Part shown: positions 37,187 through 51,299 of the stretch, in pieces
Layout: the number at the start of each line of letters is the position of its first letter
Position numbering within the stretch: position 1 is the stretch's first letter
From: Anthoceros angustus
Lineage: Eukaryota; Plantae; Anthocerotophyta
Length of the DNA stretch: 64,000 nucleotides
Reading direction: 5' to 3'
Assembly (NCBI GenBank): GCA_010909165.1
Contig: VJWM01000025.1
Span: 248,001 to 312,000 of the forward strand
Notes under the pieces: generated by a model
The model's input: only the letters and a program-made list of their open reading frames with translations
What the model was told of the DNA's origin: nothing
Database searches by the model: none
Translations under genes and position numbers: made by a program

Positions 37187-40100
37187 ATGGCAACCGGACC
37201 CGTTGTGGACCCAACAAATTGGTGTGTGTACAGGGATCCTGAGAACCTCCCCTCACGTTACTGTAGGAGTCAACCTGGCAACAATCAAGCCTCCAGGTGC
37301 AGCAGTGGAAGGAGCCCAGCATCCACTTCCGAGAAATTTGTTGGTGGACGGATTTTCCAGCGATGGTCGTCGCCAGCAGGAACAGGAGCACTTGTGGCAA
37401 CAATTTTTCTGGACCCTACCATGTGGTGGGACAACAGACGAGATAAGAAGAGCTCCGTTCGCCTGACTTCCGGCGTAAGGGGTCCGGCGAGGTCCTGTGG
37501 TTAAACAGCATGTTAAGCCAGCTTGGGTTGATGAGCAGCTCGTTTCCTTGGATATGCAGATGGGTCATGGTGCCTCGCCTTCCAACTCCACCTCTCGGAT
37601 AAGCCTGAACCTGGCAGGCGTGATCGGAAATGGGCGTCGTAACGGCTGGAACCGTGCGAGCACGTTATGTCAGCAGGGAAGCTTTCTGAGGCCGTTGGAG
37701 CCCTGGAATCTCTGGCGCAGACAGACTCTGCCATTTCCCAGTCTCTGTTTTACACCGTCTTGAAACTGTGTGCAGCTAAGAAGGATCTGGTTGTGGGGCG
37801 CCGAGTTCATGATCTAACACTTAAACTTGGGTACGAGTCGAACGCATATTTGGGAAACCATATCTTGCGCATGTATGCGTGTGGAGGTAGGCTGCAGGAG
37901 GCTATGGATGTGTTCACCAGGGTGGGCAAACCAGATGTTTTCATGTGGTTTTCCATAATATCTGCACATGCCAAGCAGGGGAAACCTAATGAGGCCATTC
38001 AACTGTATCATGAGATGCGCAGGTCAGGAGTGAAGGCGGATGCCCACGTCTTTGCAGCTGCCCTTCAAGCTTGTGCATTTGTCGCCGACTTGGAATCTGG
38101 CAGAAAAGTGCACTGTGATGTGTTGCATAGTAGCATTCCTCTTGACTTGTTTGTTGGAAACTGCCTGGTGGACATGTACGCAAAATGTGGCGAACTGAAG
38201 ATGCACGCCAGGTTTTTGAAAGTTTGACCACAATGTGGTGGATGCCTGATTGCTGGGTATGCACAGCAAGGACTCGCAAGAGGCTTGTTGTGTATGGACA
38301 AATGGAGCAGGAGGGCCTGATTTGGCTAACCATGTTACTTTTGCTTGCCTTCTGAAGGCCTGTGCAAGCTGGTGCCTTACAGAAGGGCAGCAGGCACTGC
38401 ACTCAGATTGTGAAGAGGACTGCTGGATAATATAGTGGTGGCAACTGCCTGGTGGACATGTATGCAAAATGTGGTGAACTGGAAGATGCACGCCAGGTTT
38501 TTGACAGCTTGGCCAAAGGATGTGGTGACATGGAATGCCCTGATTGCTGGGTATGCACAGCAAGGACTCCAAGAGGCGCTTGTTGTGTATGGACAAATGG
38601 AGCAGGAGGCCTGATTTTGGCTGACCATGTTACTTTTGCTTGCCTTCTGAAGGCCTGTGCAAGCACTGGTGCGTTACAGAAGGGCAGGCAGCTGCACTCA
38701 CAGATTGTTGAAAGAGGACTGCTGGATAATGAGTGTTGGGCACTGCCTGGTGGACATGTATGCAAAATGTGGTGAACTGGAAGATGCACGCCAGGTTTTG
38801 ACAGCTTCACAAAGGATGTGGTGACATGGAATGCCCTGATTGCTGGGTATGCACAGCAAGGACTGGCCAAGAGGCGCTTGTATGGACAAATGGAGCAGGA
38901 GCCTCATTGACCATGTTACTTTTGCTTGCCTTCTGAAGGCCTGTGCAAGCACTGGTGCCTTACAAGGGCAGGCAGCTGCACTCACAGATTGTCGAAGAGG
39001 ACTGCTGGATGATGTAGTGGGCAACTGCCTGGTGGACATGTATGCAAAATGTGGTGAACTGGAAGATGCACGCCAGGTTTTTGACAGCTTGGCCACAAAG
39101 GATGTGGTGACATGGAATGCCCTGATTGCTGGGTATGCAGCAAGGACTCGCCAAGAGGCGCTTGTTCTGTATGGACAAATGGAGCAGAGGGCCTCATTTT
39201 GGCTGACCATGTTACTTTTGCTTGCCTTCTGAAGGCCTGTGCAAGCACTGGTGCCTTACAGAAGGGCAGGCAGTTGCACTCAGAGATTGTGGAAAAAGGG
39301 CTGCTAGATAACCCATTGGTTGGCACCGGCCTGGTGGACATGTATGCTAAATGTGGGGAACTGGAAGCTGCTCGCCGGGTTTTTGACAGCTTGGCCACAA
39401 AGGATGTGGTGACATGGAATGCCCTGATATCTGGGTGTGGAGCATGTGATGAAGGTCACAGTGCACTAGCGTGTTTCCAGGAGATGTTAGTTGCTGGTGT
39501 TCAGCCTGACGACGCTACGTTTACATGCCTTTTAGTAGCATGCAGTCATGAGGACTGGTCCATGAGGGTCGCAAGCACTTTGATTCCATGGCTGAACAGC
39601 ATGGCATCAAACCTACTATTGAGCATTACAATTGCATGATTGATCTTCTTGGGCGTGCAGGCCATTTAGATGAGGCAGAGAAGATGCTATTATCATGTGA
39701 GGCCAAAGTAATGTTGTGGCTTGACGTCTTTGTTGAATGCCTGCAAAAGTCACGGGGATATAGAGAGGCGGTGTGGTGTTTTGAAAGCATTGTTAGGCTG
39801 GACCTCAGTGCGTCTGCTATGGCCAATGCCTACGCAGATGCAGGTAGGTGGATGTAGACAGGATTGAAACACAGAGAATGGTAGCAGGAGCTAACAAGAA
39901 ACCTGCAGTGGCGGGCATTGAGGTGAATGAAGTACATACATTTGGTGGGAGAAAGGAGAGATGATATTGCGCTCAAGGTAGAGAGCACGAATGCACGTCT
40001 GAAGCAGGAAGGGGCCTGTACCACAGACAAAGTTGGTGTTGAAGCCAGTGTCTGAGAAGGAAAAGGAAGATGCGCTTTGTGGGCATGCTGAGAAGCTAGC

Positions 40101-40289
40101 TCTGGCGTTTGGTCTGTTGAACACTCCAGTGGGACACCTCTGGTGGTCGAAGAATCTACGCATGTGCAGTGACTGCCACAGTTCCACGGAGATCATGTCA
40201 AGGGTTGAAAAGAGAGACATTGTTGTGGGATGGGATGGGTACCGTGTGCATCGATTCAGCTGGTTCTTGCAGTTGTAAGGTCGACCTGA
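37187..40289 (+). CDS. PLS-class PPR-E1-E2-DYW:KP ('GRP') gene B, unit 1, five DMYAKCGE S-motifs, many small frameshifts
   Basis: [31 protein letters not shown] and a GRP-like end; frameshifts are mostly in homopolymers. Confidence 0.85.
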
Positions 40290-41124
40290 GAGAGCCAGTC
40301 TGCAGAAGGTGAAACTGTGGCACGCGGGGCTGGGAGACATTCCACTGGAGGTGCTGTAAGAAGAAGGTTTTGCTCCACTTTCGATGAGCCCTCAACAGGG
40401 TGTGCTAAAGCATTAGGCATTGTGGCTTTGATCACATCAAAGCTATTGCCTCATGAAGTTTGCTGCTCGGCCCAGAAGATCCACTACGCATGCATGGTCC
40501 TCTGTGCTCAAACCCTCGAAATACCCGCTTGCTCACTGAGGACAGAACCCAAGCTTCAGGGTCCACTGGGAGGTCACGATATTGTGCCAGAACGTCTCCA
40601 GATTGTTGTAAACCGCTGCGGCACAGACGTCCCTGCGAAGCCGACAAGGATTGTGGATTGAACGTTCACATGCTCAGAGGCTGGTCGGCGGAATGTGCCC
40701 GAAAGCCCTGGTAGCCGTCAATGTAGGTGATGCTGCTCGGCAGAGATTCAGACATGGAATATGGCCTTTGCTGCTGTAACAAGACGAGCTGCGCTGGCCC
40801 AAACCAGCAGGGCAGCTCAGACAGGCGCCGAGCTTCTGGGGTTCTGTTGGCAGACGTTTGCTCCAGTCTCGTTACAATGTCCTTGAAAATGGAGTCCTTG
40901 AGAATGATTCGGGTCTGGGTCGCCGCAAAGCTCGCGGTGAATCGGACCGTACGCACATATGCGGCTCATATGCCCACACACCTTGTCCTCTTCTTTCGTC
41001 TCTTCAGGCTCCTCCTGCCTCTGCGTCACCCAGTAGCAACGCTGCAAAAGGTTATGGCACACAAGAGCAGTAGCAGTAGCAGGATCAGGAGCTGGGCCAA
41101 TCAAATCCGGATGACACACATACA

Positions 41125-42470
41125 GTGGAATGGGGCCCAGCAGTAGTTCCAGAACCCACATTGCCTCCAAGTCCATTACTCCCTGAATCCCACGCGACAT
41201 GTGACAGGTTTCACCTCGAGTTATGGCAAGCGAGACGGGCAGCGGAACCGGAGCTTACCTCACAGCTTCTCACCAATTCAGGTCGCTGGTGTAAGGAGAG
41301 CAGGGCCAGGCATTCGCACCACCTGCCTCCCATGGCGGCAGCAGCAGTCGGCAAGAAAAAGCGGCAGGAGCAGCTCTTGTCCAGAAAGTTGGAGGCACAG
41401 GAGGAGCGATGCAGTAACTGTGTGAGGAAGGAGGTAGAAGAGGCTGTCCAAGTGTTGGACCGCCTGGTACAGGAAGGGGTCGTGCTGAGCTCCTGTTCTA
41501 TCCTCTACTAAAGAGGTGCATTGCGGAAGGATGTGGGTCTTGGCAGCCGCGTTCATGCTGCCGTCAGATGTGGGCATGTCGGACATATTCGTGGCCAATC
41601 ACGTCATACGGATGTATGCTTCTTGCTAGATTGGAAAACTGAGGTCAGCACCTCATTGCACCTAACGCCTTTGTCTGGGCTTCCATCATCAAAGCGCATG
41701 CTGATCAGACAGGCTGATGAGGCCATCAACGCCGTGGATGAGAGACGAGTACTAAGCCAAACAACCATGTGTTTGCAGCAGTGCTGAAAGCATGTGCCAG
41801 TGACGGCTTCTGGCAAGCAGGCGCACGCTGACCTTTGCAGAGTGAGGACGAGCCTGATATGGTCGTTGGAAGTTGTCGGACATGGCCAAATGTGGGAACT
41901 TGGACGATGCCCGCAGGGTGTTTGAGGATCTGCCTGCAAGAGATGGTGACATGGACTGCTCCCAGGATCGCAGGATATGCTAACCATGGCTGGTCAAGAA
42001 GCCCTGGATGTGTTTGCAAGCATGCAGCAGGAGGGCATCACGCCGGCCAATAACATACAAGGCCTTCTCATGTGCCAGCACCGCTTTGTACAGGGTGGCA
42101 GCTTCATTGTGTGATCCGAGAAAGGGGCTGGAAACCAATCTCGTGATTGGCAGTGCTCTGGTGACATGTATGCAAAATGCGGAGCTTACGGGATGCTCGA
42201 AAGATATGACACATTGCCTGTGAAGAATGTTGTGACATGGAATGCCATGATTTGCTGGGTATGTGCAGCACGGGTCTGAGAAACTGGCGTTGGCGTATGG
42301 CTCCAGAACACTCCACCCGGCTCAACGCTTGGTTTCTAAGAATCTTCGGATGCAACGACTGCCACCGTAGCACCAAAATCCTGTCACGCCTTGAGAAGCG
42401 AGAAATTGTTGTGAGGGATGCACACCGTGCATCGATTTCTGGGTCCTGTTCGTGTGCGGATCGGCCTTGA
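41125..42470 (+). pseudogene. PPR gene C, unit 1, internally deleted and joined to the C-terminal half of a DYW domain (DRP end)
   Basis: PLS motifs, then junction CAGCACGGGT|CTGAGAAACTGG; +1 T in GATTTGCTGGG just upstream. Confidence 0.75.
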
Positions 42471-44108
42471 CTGGATTTTGCTGGTCGTATAACCTGATGC
42501 TCTGATGCATGTCATGGCGACGTGAAAGCTCACAGAGTAGTTTCCAAAGTTAATCCTTCCAATTTTCGAGAAATCCATCGTCATCGCCTATACAAGAGCG
42601 GGGAGGTGGTTGAGAGAGTCCCATAGCCGGTAAACAGCAAGTGACGGTTGTTCCGACTGGCCTTTACAATCTTTCACCGGCACTGGACAGTATTATTCCA
42701 GCCCCGCAGCTCCAGCGACAGACTCCAGCCTGTGAGAGCCGCCCACTGGGAGGTGAGATGAGGTTCGATTTCCTCAAGGTTCAATGTTGTGTGATGAAGC
42801 CTGCATGCTGATAGTGCCGGTAGCGTACTCTCGTTGGGTGTCCAGGTTAGATGTGCTGGCAAAGGAGGCACCCGCAGGCACTTCTATTTGTTGTGGCAGG
42901 TGACCGTGTGTCCTGAAGCTTCCCATTATGATGAGTGAGTAGGATTGTAACCTGGGCCCTAGTTTTGGAGCATACAGCAGAGCAGAATTGATTTTGGAGG
43001 TGATCGTGCTTGTTCTGTTCTGTGCTGTGGATGCCGTTATGTTTCGTTAGTGAAAAGAGGCCTTTGGTCCTTGTTTCTCATCATGCTTGGAGGAGAAGGA
43101 GGTGGTGGGCGAGGAGGAGGTGGTGGACGAGGAGGAGGTGTTGGAGGAAGAGGAGGAGGATGCACCCCTGGGCCACGGCAGCCAGTCGAGGCTAAGAGCA
43201 CTTAGTTGCCTTGCACTTTTAGCATGGACGTCATGCATGGCAATGGCATTGCAGAATCCGGATCCGTGGACCGTAGTGTCGCAAGCAAAAGGTTGTAGAC
43301 TTCCAGCTCTGCAACTTCATCGCAGAGAGGGTCCAGGAGGCCATTTGAAGACCAGTAAAGCAAACCTGTAACCCTCTGGCCAGCTGAAGAATATTAGGGC
43401 AGACTACCTCGTCATGAATTCATGTGCTGCAGGCCTGCCTAGGCGTGTCACATACATGTACACCGTCAGCTGGAGCCCCAGCCGTCCCTTTGATCAGCAT
43501 ACTGGGATCACTCCGGGCCATGGCCTTCGCGAGCCCACGGCGACCCTTGTCCCTGTCCAGCCAAAATCGGCTTGAATTCAAATGGGAATTCAAGCTGAAC
43601 CTTGCTCTCCGACCAAAGGATATCGATAACGATGCTGGCGCCATCCAGGCTACGATTCCAGCTGCCTTCTGCGATTCCGCCTCCTGAAGCCATGTAGGCG
43701 TTGCAGGCGCATGGCATTGCCTGCAGTGGATCGCCTCACATCTTTAAATTACTTCAATCGCGCAATCAGGCTACATGCTTGGTCCCACTGGTGTGATGAG
43801 GCCAGACTCATGGTCTACCTACATATTGTATCGTTTCTTGACCAGGACTAGGACCAGGACCAGGACCAGGACCAGGTCTCGGATCCTCAAGACTATGAAG
43901 CCTTGTGTCAGTCGAGTACTGTACCATCTTGGATGCCCGCCACGCCTGCACCACGCCGGCTTCGCCCTAAACGCGTTAAGGGCGAAGTCAAGAGATATTT
44001 CTGGTGTAGGCCAGCCAGCTGCTGCTGCAGGCGAGCTGGAGCTGATAGGACTATAAGGTAGAGGGACGCAGCAGACCAGGCCTCAGACCCTAGGTCGAGG
44101 GCGCATCC

Positions 44109-45459
44109 ATGGATGTAGTCGTGCGTGTGACAGAAGTCTTGAGCTCTGCCAGGGGATCGCAGGAAGGGCTCAGGAGGCCATATCGCACAAGGAAACCTGC
44201 AACGCTCAAAACTTGTGAATTGCTTAAGTAGGTACCTCAGGACAGCTCGCTCATGAATTCATCTTCTCTTAGTAACATAGTACTGTGCTCGACTACTGAC
44301 TTTGTAACCTGCTGACGGAATTATATCCATCCTGTACATGTGCTCTGGACAGAGCCCACACTCGAGAGGCTGCATCAATCACCGGAGCTGGCCCATGATG
44401 AGACCATAGTTGCCGCTGGCGTGGAGACGAGCTTCGGCAAAAGTGCTAGTGGACTACTGCTGCCAATGGCTTGGTTTCAGCCATGGAGCAAGGAGAGGAG
44501 GAAGCGGAAGGAAAAATTCAAATCTATGTGTCATTCCTCAACCTCGCCTTGACCGCGCGAACGGTAAGCTTGCTTGTAAACCTTGCGCGTGCAGCATGCA
44601 TCGCCCCTGAGTCCCTGACCAAAATCCGCCATATGATGTTCGTCACAGGCAGTGTCCCAGCTTTTGGCTAGACTGCAACACTAGAACTGGCAGCACGTAT
44701 GGCCGTCACCTGAATAATATGCTGCCATCCCATGCCTGCAGGTGTTGAACCCAAGCCCGCAGTCGAGCAGCACCAGCACTAGTACTTCCAGCGTCTCTGC
44801 GGCTCCGGATCCGGCCGGCTTACACGAACCAGAAGTTGGCTGAACACGCGGTGTCAGCCAAATTGTTGTGCATCACGTGGGGACACGATCCGCGTTACTG
44901 GGAGTGGACATATCGTGCAGGATCGTGGTGAGAGTCTGATTTCGCGGCCACTCTGTTCCGTAGCAGTATCCTTTCCCTTTCAAGAAGCGTTATGTAGGTC
45001 TTCTTGGAATGCTTGGCTTGGCTTGGCTGGGCTTGAGATTGCCTGGTGTATATGTAACTGGGCCTTGCTTGGCAGGTTTGGAGAAGTGGCGTATCTCAAG
45101 ATGGTGTGTTGGCTGCATGTCACTGGGACCATGAGGTGCAATCTGCCGCCTGGAAGGTATACCTTGTCCTGGCTGAACCTGGCCACTTTGATCATCACAC
45201 CTTTGAACACGGAGCCGGTGGTCTTCGACTTCGAGACCAGCGGGGGCAAAGAGGGAGCACTTCACGAAACTTGGCGTTGTACAAACATGAAAGCAGGGAC
45301 GCGGGACAGGGGTGGAGGAGCTGGACGTGGGGAGTTTGTCATTTCAACGCAGAGCTTCCAGTGCAAATCAACTTCTGCATGAGACAAACTGAGGATTACT
45401 GGAAGATGGGCTTATATCTGGATGGGGTGCATGTGCAAAAGACCTCAGATCTGGCCTAG
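44109..45459 (+). CDS. Gene D, unit 1: putative four-helix-bundle-PP2 lectin fusion with many 1-3 bp deletions
   Basis: Collinear with 54496-55906; WGHDPRYWEW, EVAYLKMVCWL and WKMGLYLDGV are retained. Confidence 0.6.
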
Positions 45460-46094
45460 ATTAGGAGGCACCAGACTTATGTATTTCTAGAGAATATCTA
45501 CAAAGCCCAAGAGTAAAGGGCAAGAAGTCTCTAAAAGCCTAAGAGTAAAGGAGGCCAAGTCCAAAAGCCCAACAGCCCAACAGTAAATGGATAAGAAGTC
45601 AAGGGATCAATAGGATTCAAAGACTCAGGCAGGCCAAGTCCAACTTGGTGTGAGATGTGTGCAAGTGTGCTTGTATGCTTAGCACCTAGTACAATTAATG
45701 CATATAACCCATATTAAAGTGTTGTTGTTCCTATGAATAAAGCCTTAGCCCTTTCCACTTCCTTCCATCAGGCTCCGCCTTGTTCTTTGTCATGACACAT
45801 GGAATACATACATGAGCCATGGGCCAAGTGCTTGGATGGGATGCTATTCATTCAAATTCCTCAAAATCTAAACCTTTACCATCTGTCTGCAGCTAAGTAC
45901 GGCGTGGTCGTCAAACAAATAATTTATTTTAACTCCATTAAGGACGGAGATGCCGCCATGTGGGTGTGGGGCGATAAACAAATAATTTATGTAAAATCCA
46001 CTAAAAGACGGACACGCCGCGCAACTTCCTCCGTAGAGAAAACTAGGCTTCTAACACTAGGTACCCATCCGGATCCGCTTGCAGTGTAGAGCGC

Positions 46095-46770
46095 TTAACT
46101 ACGACGAGTTCATGATCCCACTGTCAAACTAGGAAACCGTTCATGATCCCACTGTCAAACTAGGAAACCAGATGTCTTCATGTGGTTTTTCATAATCTCT
46201 GCACGTGCTAAGCACGGGAAACCTAGTGAGGCCTTACAACTGTACCGTGAAATGCGTAGGTCAGGAGTGAAGGCGGATGCTCGCGTCTTTGTTGCCACCC
46301 TTCAGGCTTGTGCTTTGGCCGCCGACTTGGAAGCTGGCAGAAACGTGCACTGTGATGTGTTGAACAGCGGCATTCCTACTAACTTATTTGTTGGCAACTG
46401 CCTGGAAGACATGTACGCAAAATGTGGCGAACTGATTGTGATGCACGCCGGGTTTTGCCACTATGGCCATTCATGATGTCGTGACATGGAATTCCCTGAT
46501 GATATCTGGGTATGCAAAATGTGGTGAAATAAAAATGCACAACAGGTTTTGACAGCATGGCCACAAAGAATGTGGTGACATGGACGGTGCTGATAGCTGG
46601 GTATGCTGAACAAGGGCTCGGGCAGGAGGCCCTTCTTGTGTCTGGACAAATGGAGCGTAACCAAGTTACTTTTGCTTGCCTTCTCTAGGCCTGTGCAAGC
46701 ACTGGTGCCTTACAGAAGGGCAGGCAGCTGCACTCCGAGATTTTTCAAAGACTATACGCAGGCTGCTGGA
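46095..46770 (+). pseudogene. PPR gene A fragment, unit 2
   Basis: Same TAG and same deletion junction (GCTGCTGGA-CACTA-CTCATTCTGG) as unit 1. Confidence 0.85.
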
Positions 46771-46961
46771 CACTACTCATTCTGGAAGGTAGTAATTTCA
46801 GGCTGGTTTAGTATGAGCGTACAAAATTCATCTGGTGGCCTGACCTAAGTACGCAAAATGCATCTGTTTGTGCACTTTGCACTTGCTCATCCTGCCATGA
46901 TCCATCGTCTGCTGTGAGACTCATCGTCCGAGAGCGGTACTTGAACGATGTTGGCCACAGT

Positions 46962-49900
46962 ATGGCAACTGGACGCGTTGTGGACCCAACAAATTGGTGT
47001 GCACAGGATCCCACGAGAACTCCCCTCGCGTTACTGTAGGGAGGAACCCCGGCAAACAATCAAGCCTCGATGCAGCAGTGGAAGGAGCCCAGCATCCACT
47101 TCCGAGGAAATGTTGGGTGCACGGATTTTCCAGCGATGGTAGTCGCCAGGATCAGGAACAGGAGCACTTGTGGCAAAAATTTTTCTGGACCCTACCTTGT
47201 GGTGGGACAACAGACGAGATAAGAAGCTGGTTCGCCTGACGGCCGGGGTCCGGCGAGGTCTGTGGTTAAACAGCAGTTCAAGCCAGCTTGGGTTGATGAG
47301 CAGCTCGTTTCCTTGGAGATGGGATGGTGCCTCGCCTTCTAAGTCCAGCTCTCCGGATAAGCCTGAACCTGGCAGGCGTGCAGGATCGGAAATGGGCGTC
47401 GTAACGGCTAAACCGTGAGCACGTTATGTCAGCAGGGAAGCTTTCTGAGGCCGTTGGAGCCCTGGAATCTCTGGCGCAGACAGACTGCTATTTCTCAGTC
47501 TCTGTTTTACACTGTGCTAAAACTGTGTAGCTAAGAAGGATCTGGTTGTGGGGCGACGAGTTCATGATCTCACTGTCAAACTTGGATACGAGTCGGATGC
47601 ATACTTGGGGAACCATATCTTGCATGTATGCATGTGGAGGTAGGCTGCAGGAGGCCATGGATGTGTTCACCAGGGTGGGGAAACCAAATGTCTTCATGTG
47701 GTTTTCCATAATCTCTGCACATTCTAAGCAGGGAAACCTCATGAGGCCATACAACTGTACCGTGAGATGCGTAGGTCAGGAGTGAAGGCGGATGCTCACG
47801 TCTTTGTAGCTGCCCTTCAAGCTTGTGCATTTGCGCCGACTTGGAATCTGGCAGAAAAGTGCACTGTGATGTGCACAGTGGCATTCCTCCTGACTTGTTT
47901 GTTGGCAACTGCCTGGACATGTATGCAAAATGTGGTGAACTGGAAGATGCACGCCAGGTTTTTGACAGCTTGGCCACAAAGGATGTGGTGACATGGAATG
48001 CCCTGATTGCTGGGTATGCAGCAAGGACTCGCCAAGAGGCGCTTGTTGTGTATGGACAAATGGAGCAGGAGGGCCTGATTTGGCTAACCATGTTACTTTT
48101 GCTTGCCTTCTGAAGGCCTGTGCACTCGCTGGTGCCTTACAAATGGGCAGGCATCTGCACTCACAAATTGTAGAACGAGGACGGCTAGATAATATATTGG
48201 TTGGCAACTGCCTGGTGGACATGTATGCAAAATGTGGTGAACTGGGCGATGCACGCCAGGTTTTTGACAGCTTGGCCACAAAGGATGTGGTGACATGGAA
48301 TGCCCTGATAGCTGGGTATGGACAGCAAGGACTCGTTCAAGAGGCGCTTATGCTGTATGGACAAATGGAGCAAGATGGCCTCATTGTGGCTGACCGTGCT
48401 ACTTTTGCTTGCCTTCTGAAGGCCTGTGCAAGCACTGGTGCCTTACAGAAGGGCAGCTGCACTCACAGATTGTGAAGAGGACTGCTGGATAATGTAGTGT
48501 TGGGCAACTGCCTGGTGGACATGTATGCAAAATGTGGTGAACTGGAAGATGCACGCCAGGTTTTTGACAGCAGCACAAAATGTGGTGACATGGACTGCCC
48601 TGATATCTGGGTATGCACAGCAAGGACTCGGCCAAGAGGCGCTTGTTCTGTATGGACAAATGGAGCAAGAGGGCCTCATTTTGGCTGACCATGTTACATT
48701 TGCTTGCCTTCTGAAGGCCTGTGCAAGCACTGGTGCCTTACAGAAGGGCAGGCAGCTGCACTCACAGATTGTCGAAAGAGGACTGCTGGATAATGTAGTG
48801 GTGGGCAACTGCCTGGTGGACATGTATGCAAAATGTGGTGAACTGGAAGATGCACGCCAGGTTTTTGACAGCTTGGCCACAAAGGATGTGGTGACATGGA
48901 ATGCCCTGATAGCTGGGTATGCGCAGCAAGGACTCGCCAAGAGGCGCTTGTTCTGTATGGACAAATGGAGCAGAGGGCCTCATTTTGGCTGACCATGTGT
49001 TACTTTTGCTTGCCTTCTGAAGGCCTGTGCAAGCACTGGTGCCTTACAGAAGGGCAGGCAGCTGCACTCACAGATTGTGGAAAGAGGACTGCTGGATGAA
49101 TGTAGTGGTGGGCAACTGCCTGGTGGACATGTATGCAAAATGTGGTGAACTGGAAGATGCACGCCAGGTTTTTGACAGCTTGGCCACAAAGGATGTGGTG
49201 ACATGGAATGCTCTGATAGGTGGGTATGCACAGCAAGGACTCGGCCAAGAGGCGCTTGTTCTGTATGGACAAATGGAGCAGAGGCCTCATTTTGGCTGAC
49301 CATGTTACTTTTGCTTGCCTTCTGAAGGCCTGTGCAAGCACTGGTGCCTTACAGAAGGGCAGGCAGCTGCACTCACAGATTGTGGAAAGAGGACTGCTGG
49401 ATAATGTAGTGTTGGGCAACTGCCTGGTGGACATGTATGCAAAATGTGGTGAACTGGAAGATGCACGCCAGGTTTTTGACAGCATGGCCACAAAGGATGT
49501 GGTGACATGGAATGCCCTGATATCTGGGTATGGTACTTGTGATGACGGTCACAGAGCACTAGCTTGTTTTGAGGAGATGTTAGTTCGGTATTCAGCCTGA
49601 TGGTGCTACTTTACTTGCCTTCTAGTAGCATGCAGTCATGCGGGACTGGTCCATGAGGGTCGCAGCACTTTGATTCCATGGCTGAACAGCATGGCATCAA
49701 ACCTACTATTGAGCATTACAATTGCATGATTGATCTTCTTGGGCGTGCAGGCCATTTAGATGAGGCAGAGAAGATGCTATTGTCATGTGAGGCCAAAGTA
49801 ATGTTGTGGGATTGACGTCTTTGTTGAATGCCTGCAAGAGTCACGGAGATATACAAAGGGCGATTTGGTGTTTTGAAAGCATTGTTAGGCTGGACCCTCA

Positions 49901-50405
49901 GTGGGCGTCTGCGTATGTGCTCATGGCAAATGCCTACGCAGATGCAGGTAGGTGGAGCGATGTAGACAGGATTGAAACACAGAGAATGGTGGCAGGAGCT
50001 AACAAGAAACCTGCAGTGGCGACCATTGAGGTGAATAAGCAGGTACATACATTTGTGTGGGAGAAAGGAGAGACGATATTGCGCTCAAGGTAGAGAGCAC
50101 GAATGCACGTCTGAAGCAGGAAGGGGCCACGTACCACACACAAAGTTGGTGTTGAAGCCACTGTCTGAGAAGGAAAAGGAAGATGCGCTTTGTGGGCATG
50201 CTGAGAAGCTAGCTCTGGCGTTTGGTCTGTTGAACACTCCAGTGGGACACCTCTGGTGGTAACGAAGAATCTACGCATGTGCAGTGACTGCCACAGTTCC
50301 ACGGAGATCATGTCAAGGGTTGAAAAGAGAGACATTGTTGTAAGGGATGGGTACCGTGTGCATCGATTCGTATCTGGTTCTTGCACTTGTAAGGGTCGAC
50401 CTTGA
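46962..50405 (+). CDS. PLS-class PPR-E1-E2-DYW:KP ('GRP') gene B, unit 2, six S-motifs
   Basis: Repeated ~303-bp P-L-S triplets; [14 protein letters not shown]; KKPAVATIEV; [12 protein letters not shown]; CSDC; ends [10 protein letters not shown]. Confidence 0.88.
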
Positions 50406-51299
50406 GGTGAAGAACTCGCCAGTCTGCAGAAGGTGAAACTGTGGCACGCGGGGCTGGGAGACATTCCAATTCGGAGGTGGGCGCTGTAAGAAGCAAGGCT
50501 TGTGCTGTGCTCCACTTTCGATGAGCCCTCAACAGGGTGTGCTAAACGGCAGCATTAGGCATTGTGGCTTTGATCACATCAAAGCTATTGCCTCATGAAG
50601 TTTGCTGCTCGGCCCAGAAGATCCACTACGCATGTGCTATGGTCCTCTGTGCTCAAACCCTCGAAATACTTCCGCCCTTGCTCACTGAGGACAGGAAGAA
50701 ACCTAAGCTTCAGGGTCCACTGGGAGGTCACGATATTGTGGCCAGAACGTCTCCAGATTGTTGTAAACCGCTGCGGCACAGACGTCCCTGCGAAGCCGAC
50801 AAGGATTGTGGATTGAACGTTCACATGCTCAGAGGCTGGTCGGCGGAATGTGCCCGAAAGCCCTGGTAGCCGTCAATGTAGGTGATGCCGCTCGGCAGAG
50901 ATTCAGACATGGAATATGTAGCCTTTGCTGCTGTAACAAGACGAGCTGCGCTGGCCCAAGTCCAGCAGGGCAGCTCAGACAGGCTGCCGAGCTTCTGGGG
51001 TTCTGTGGCAGACGTTTGCTCTCAGTCTCGTTTTACAATGTCCTTGAAAATGGAGTCCTTGAGAATGATTCGGGTCTGGGTCGCCGTGCAAAGCTCTCGC
51101 GGTGAATCGGACCGTACGCACATTATGCGGCTCATATGCTTCTCCACACACCTTGTCCTCTTCTTTCGTCTCTTTCAGGCTCCTCCTGCTCTCTGCGTCA
51201 CCCAGTAGCAACGCTGCAAAAGGTTATGGCACACAAGAGCAGTAGCAGTAGCAGGATCAGGAGCTGGGCCAATCAAATCTCCGGATGACACAAGCATAC

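Larger units (their letters stand above)
34927..45663 (+). repeat. Tandem segmental duplication, unit 1
   Basis: AGTGTGCTTGTATGCTTAGCACCTAG starts at 34927, 45664 and 56123; gene content is collinear. Confidence 0.95.

Noticed and set aside
45799-46089. 96-aa ORF repeated in each unit
   Set aside because: Recurs only because the unit is duplicated; it is interrupted by the transposon in unit 1, starts differ, and there is no domain.
46962-49500. Regular repeats as a CRISPR-like array
   Set aside because: They are coding PLS triplets without unique spacers, in a eukaryotic context.
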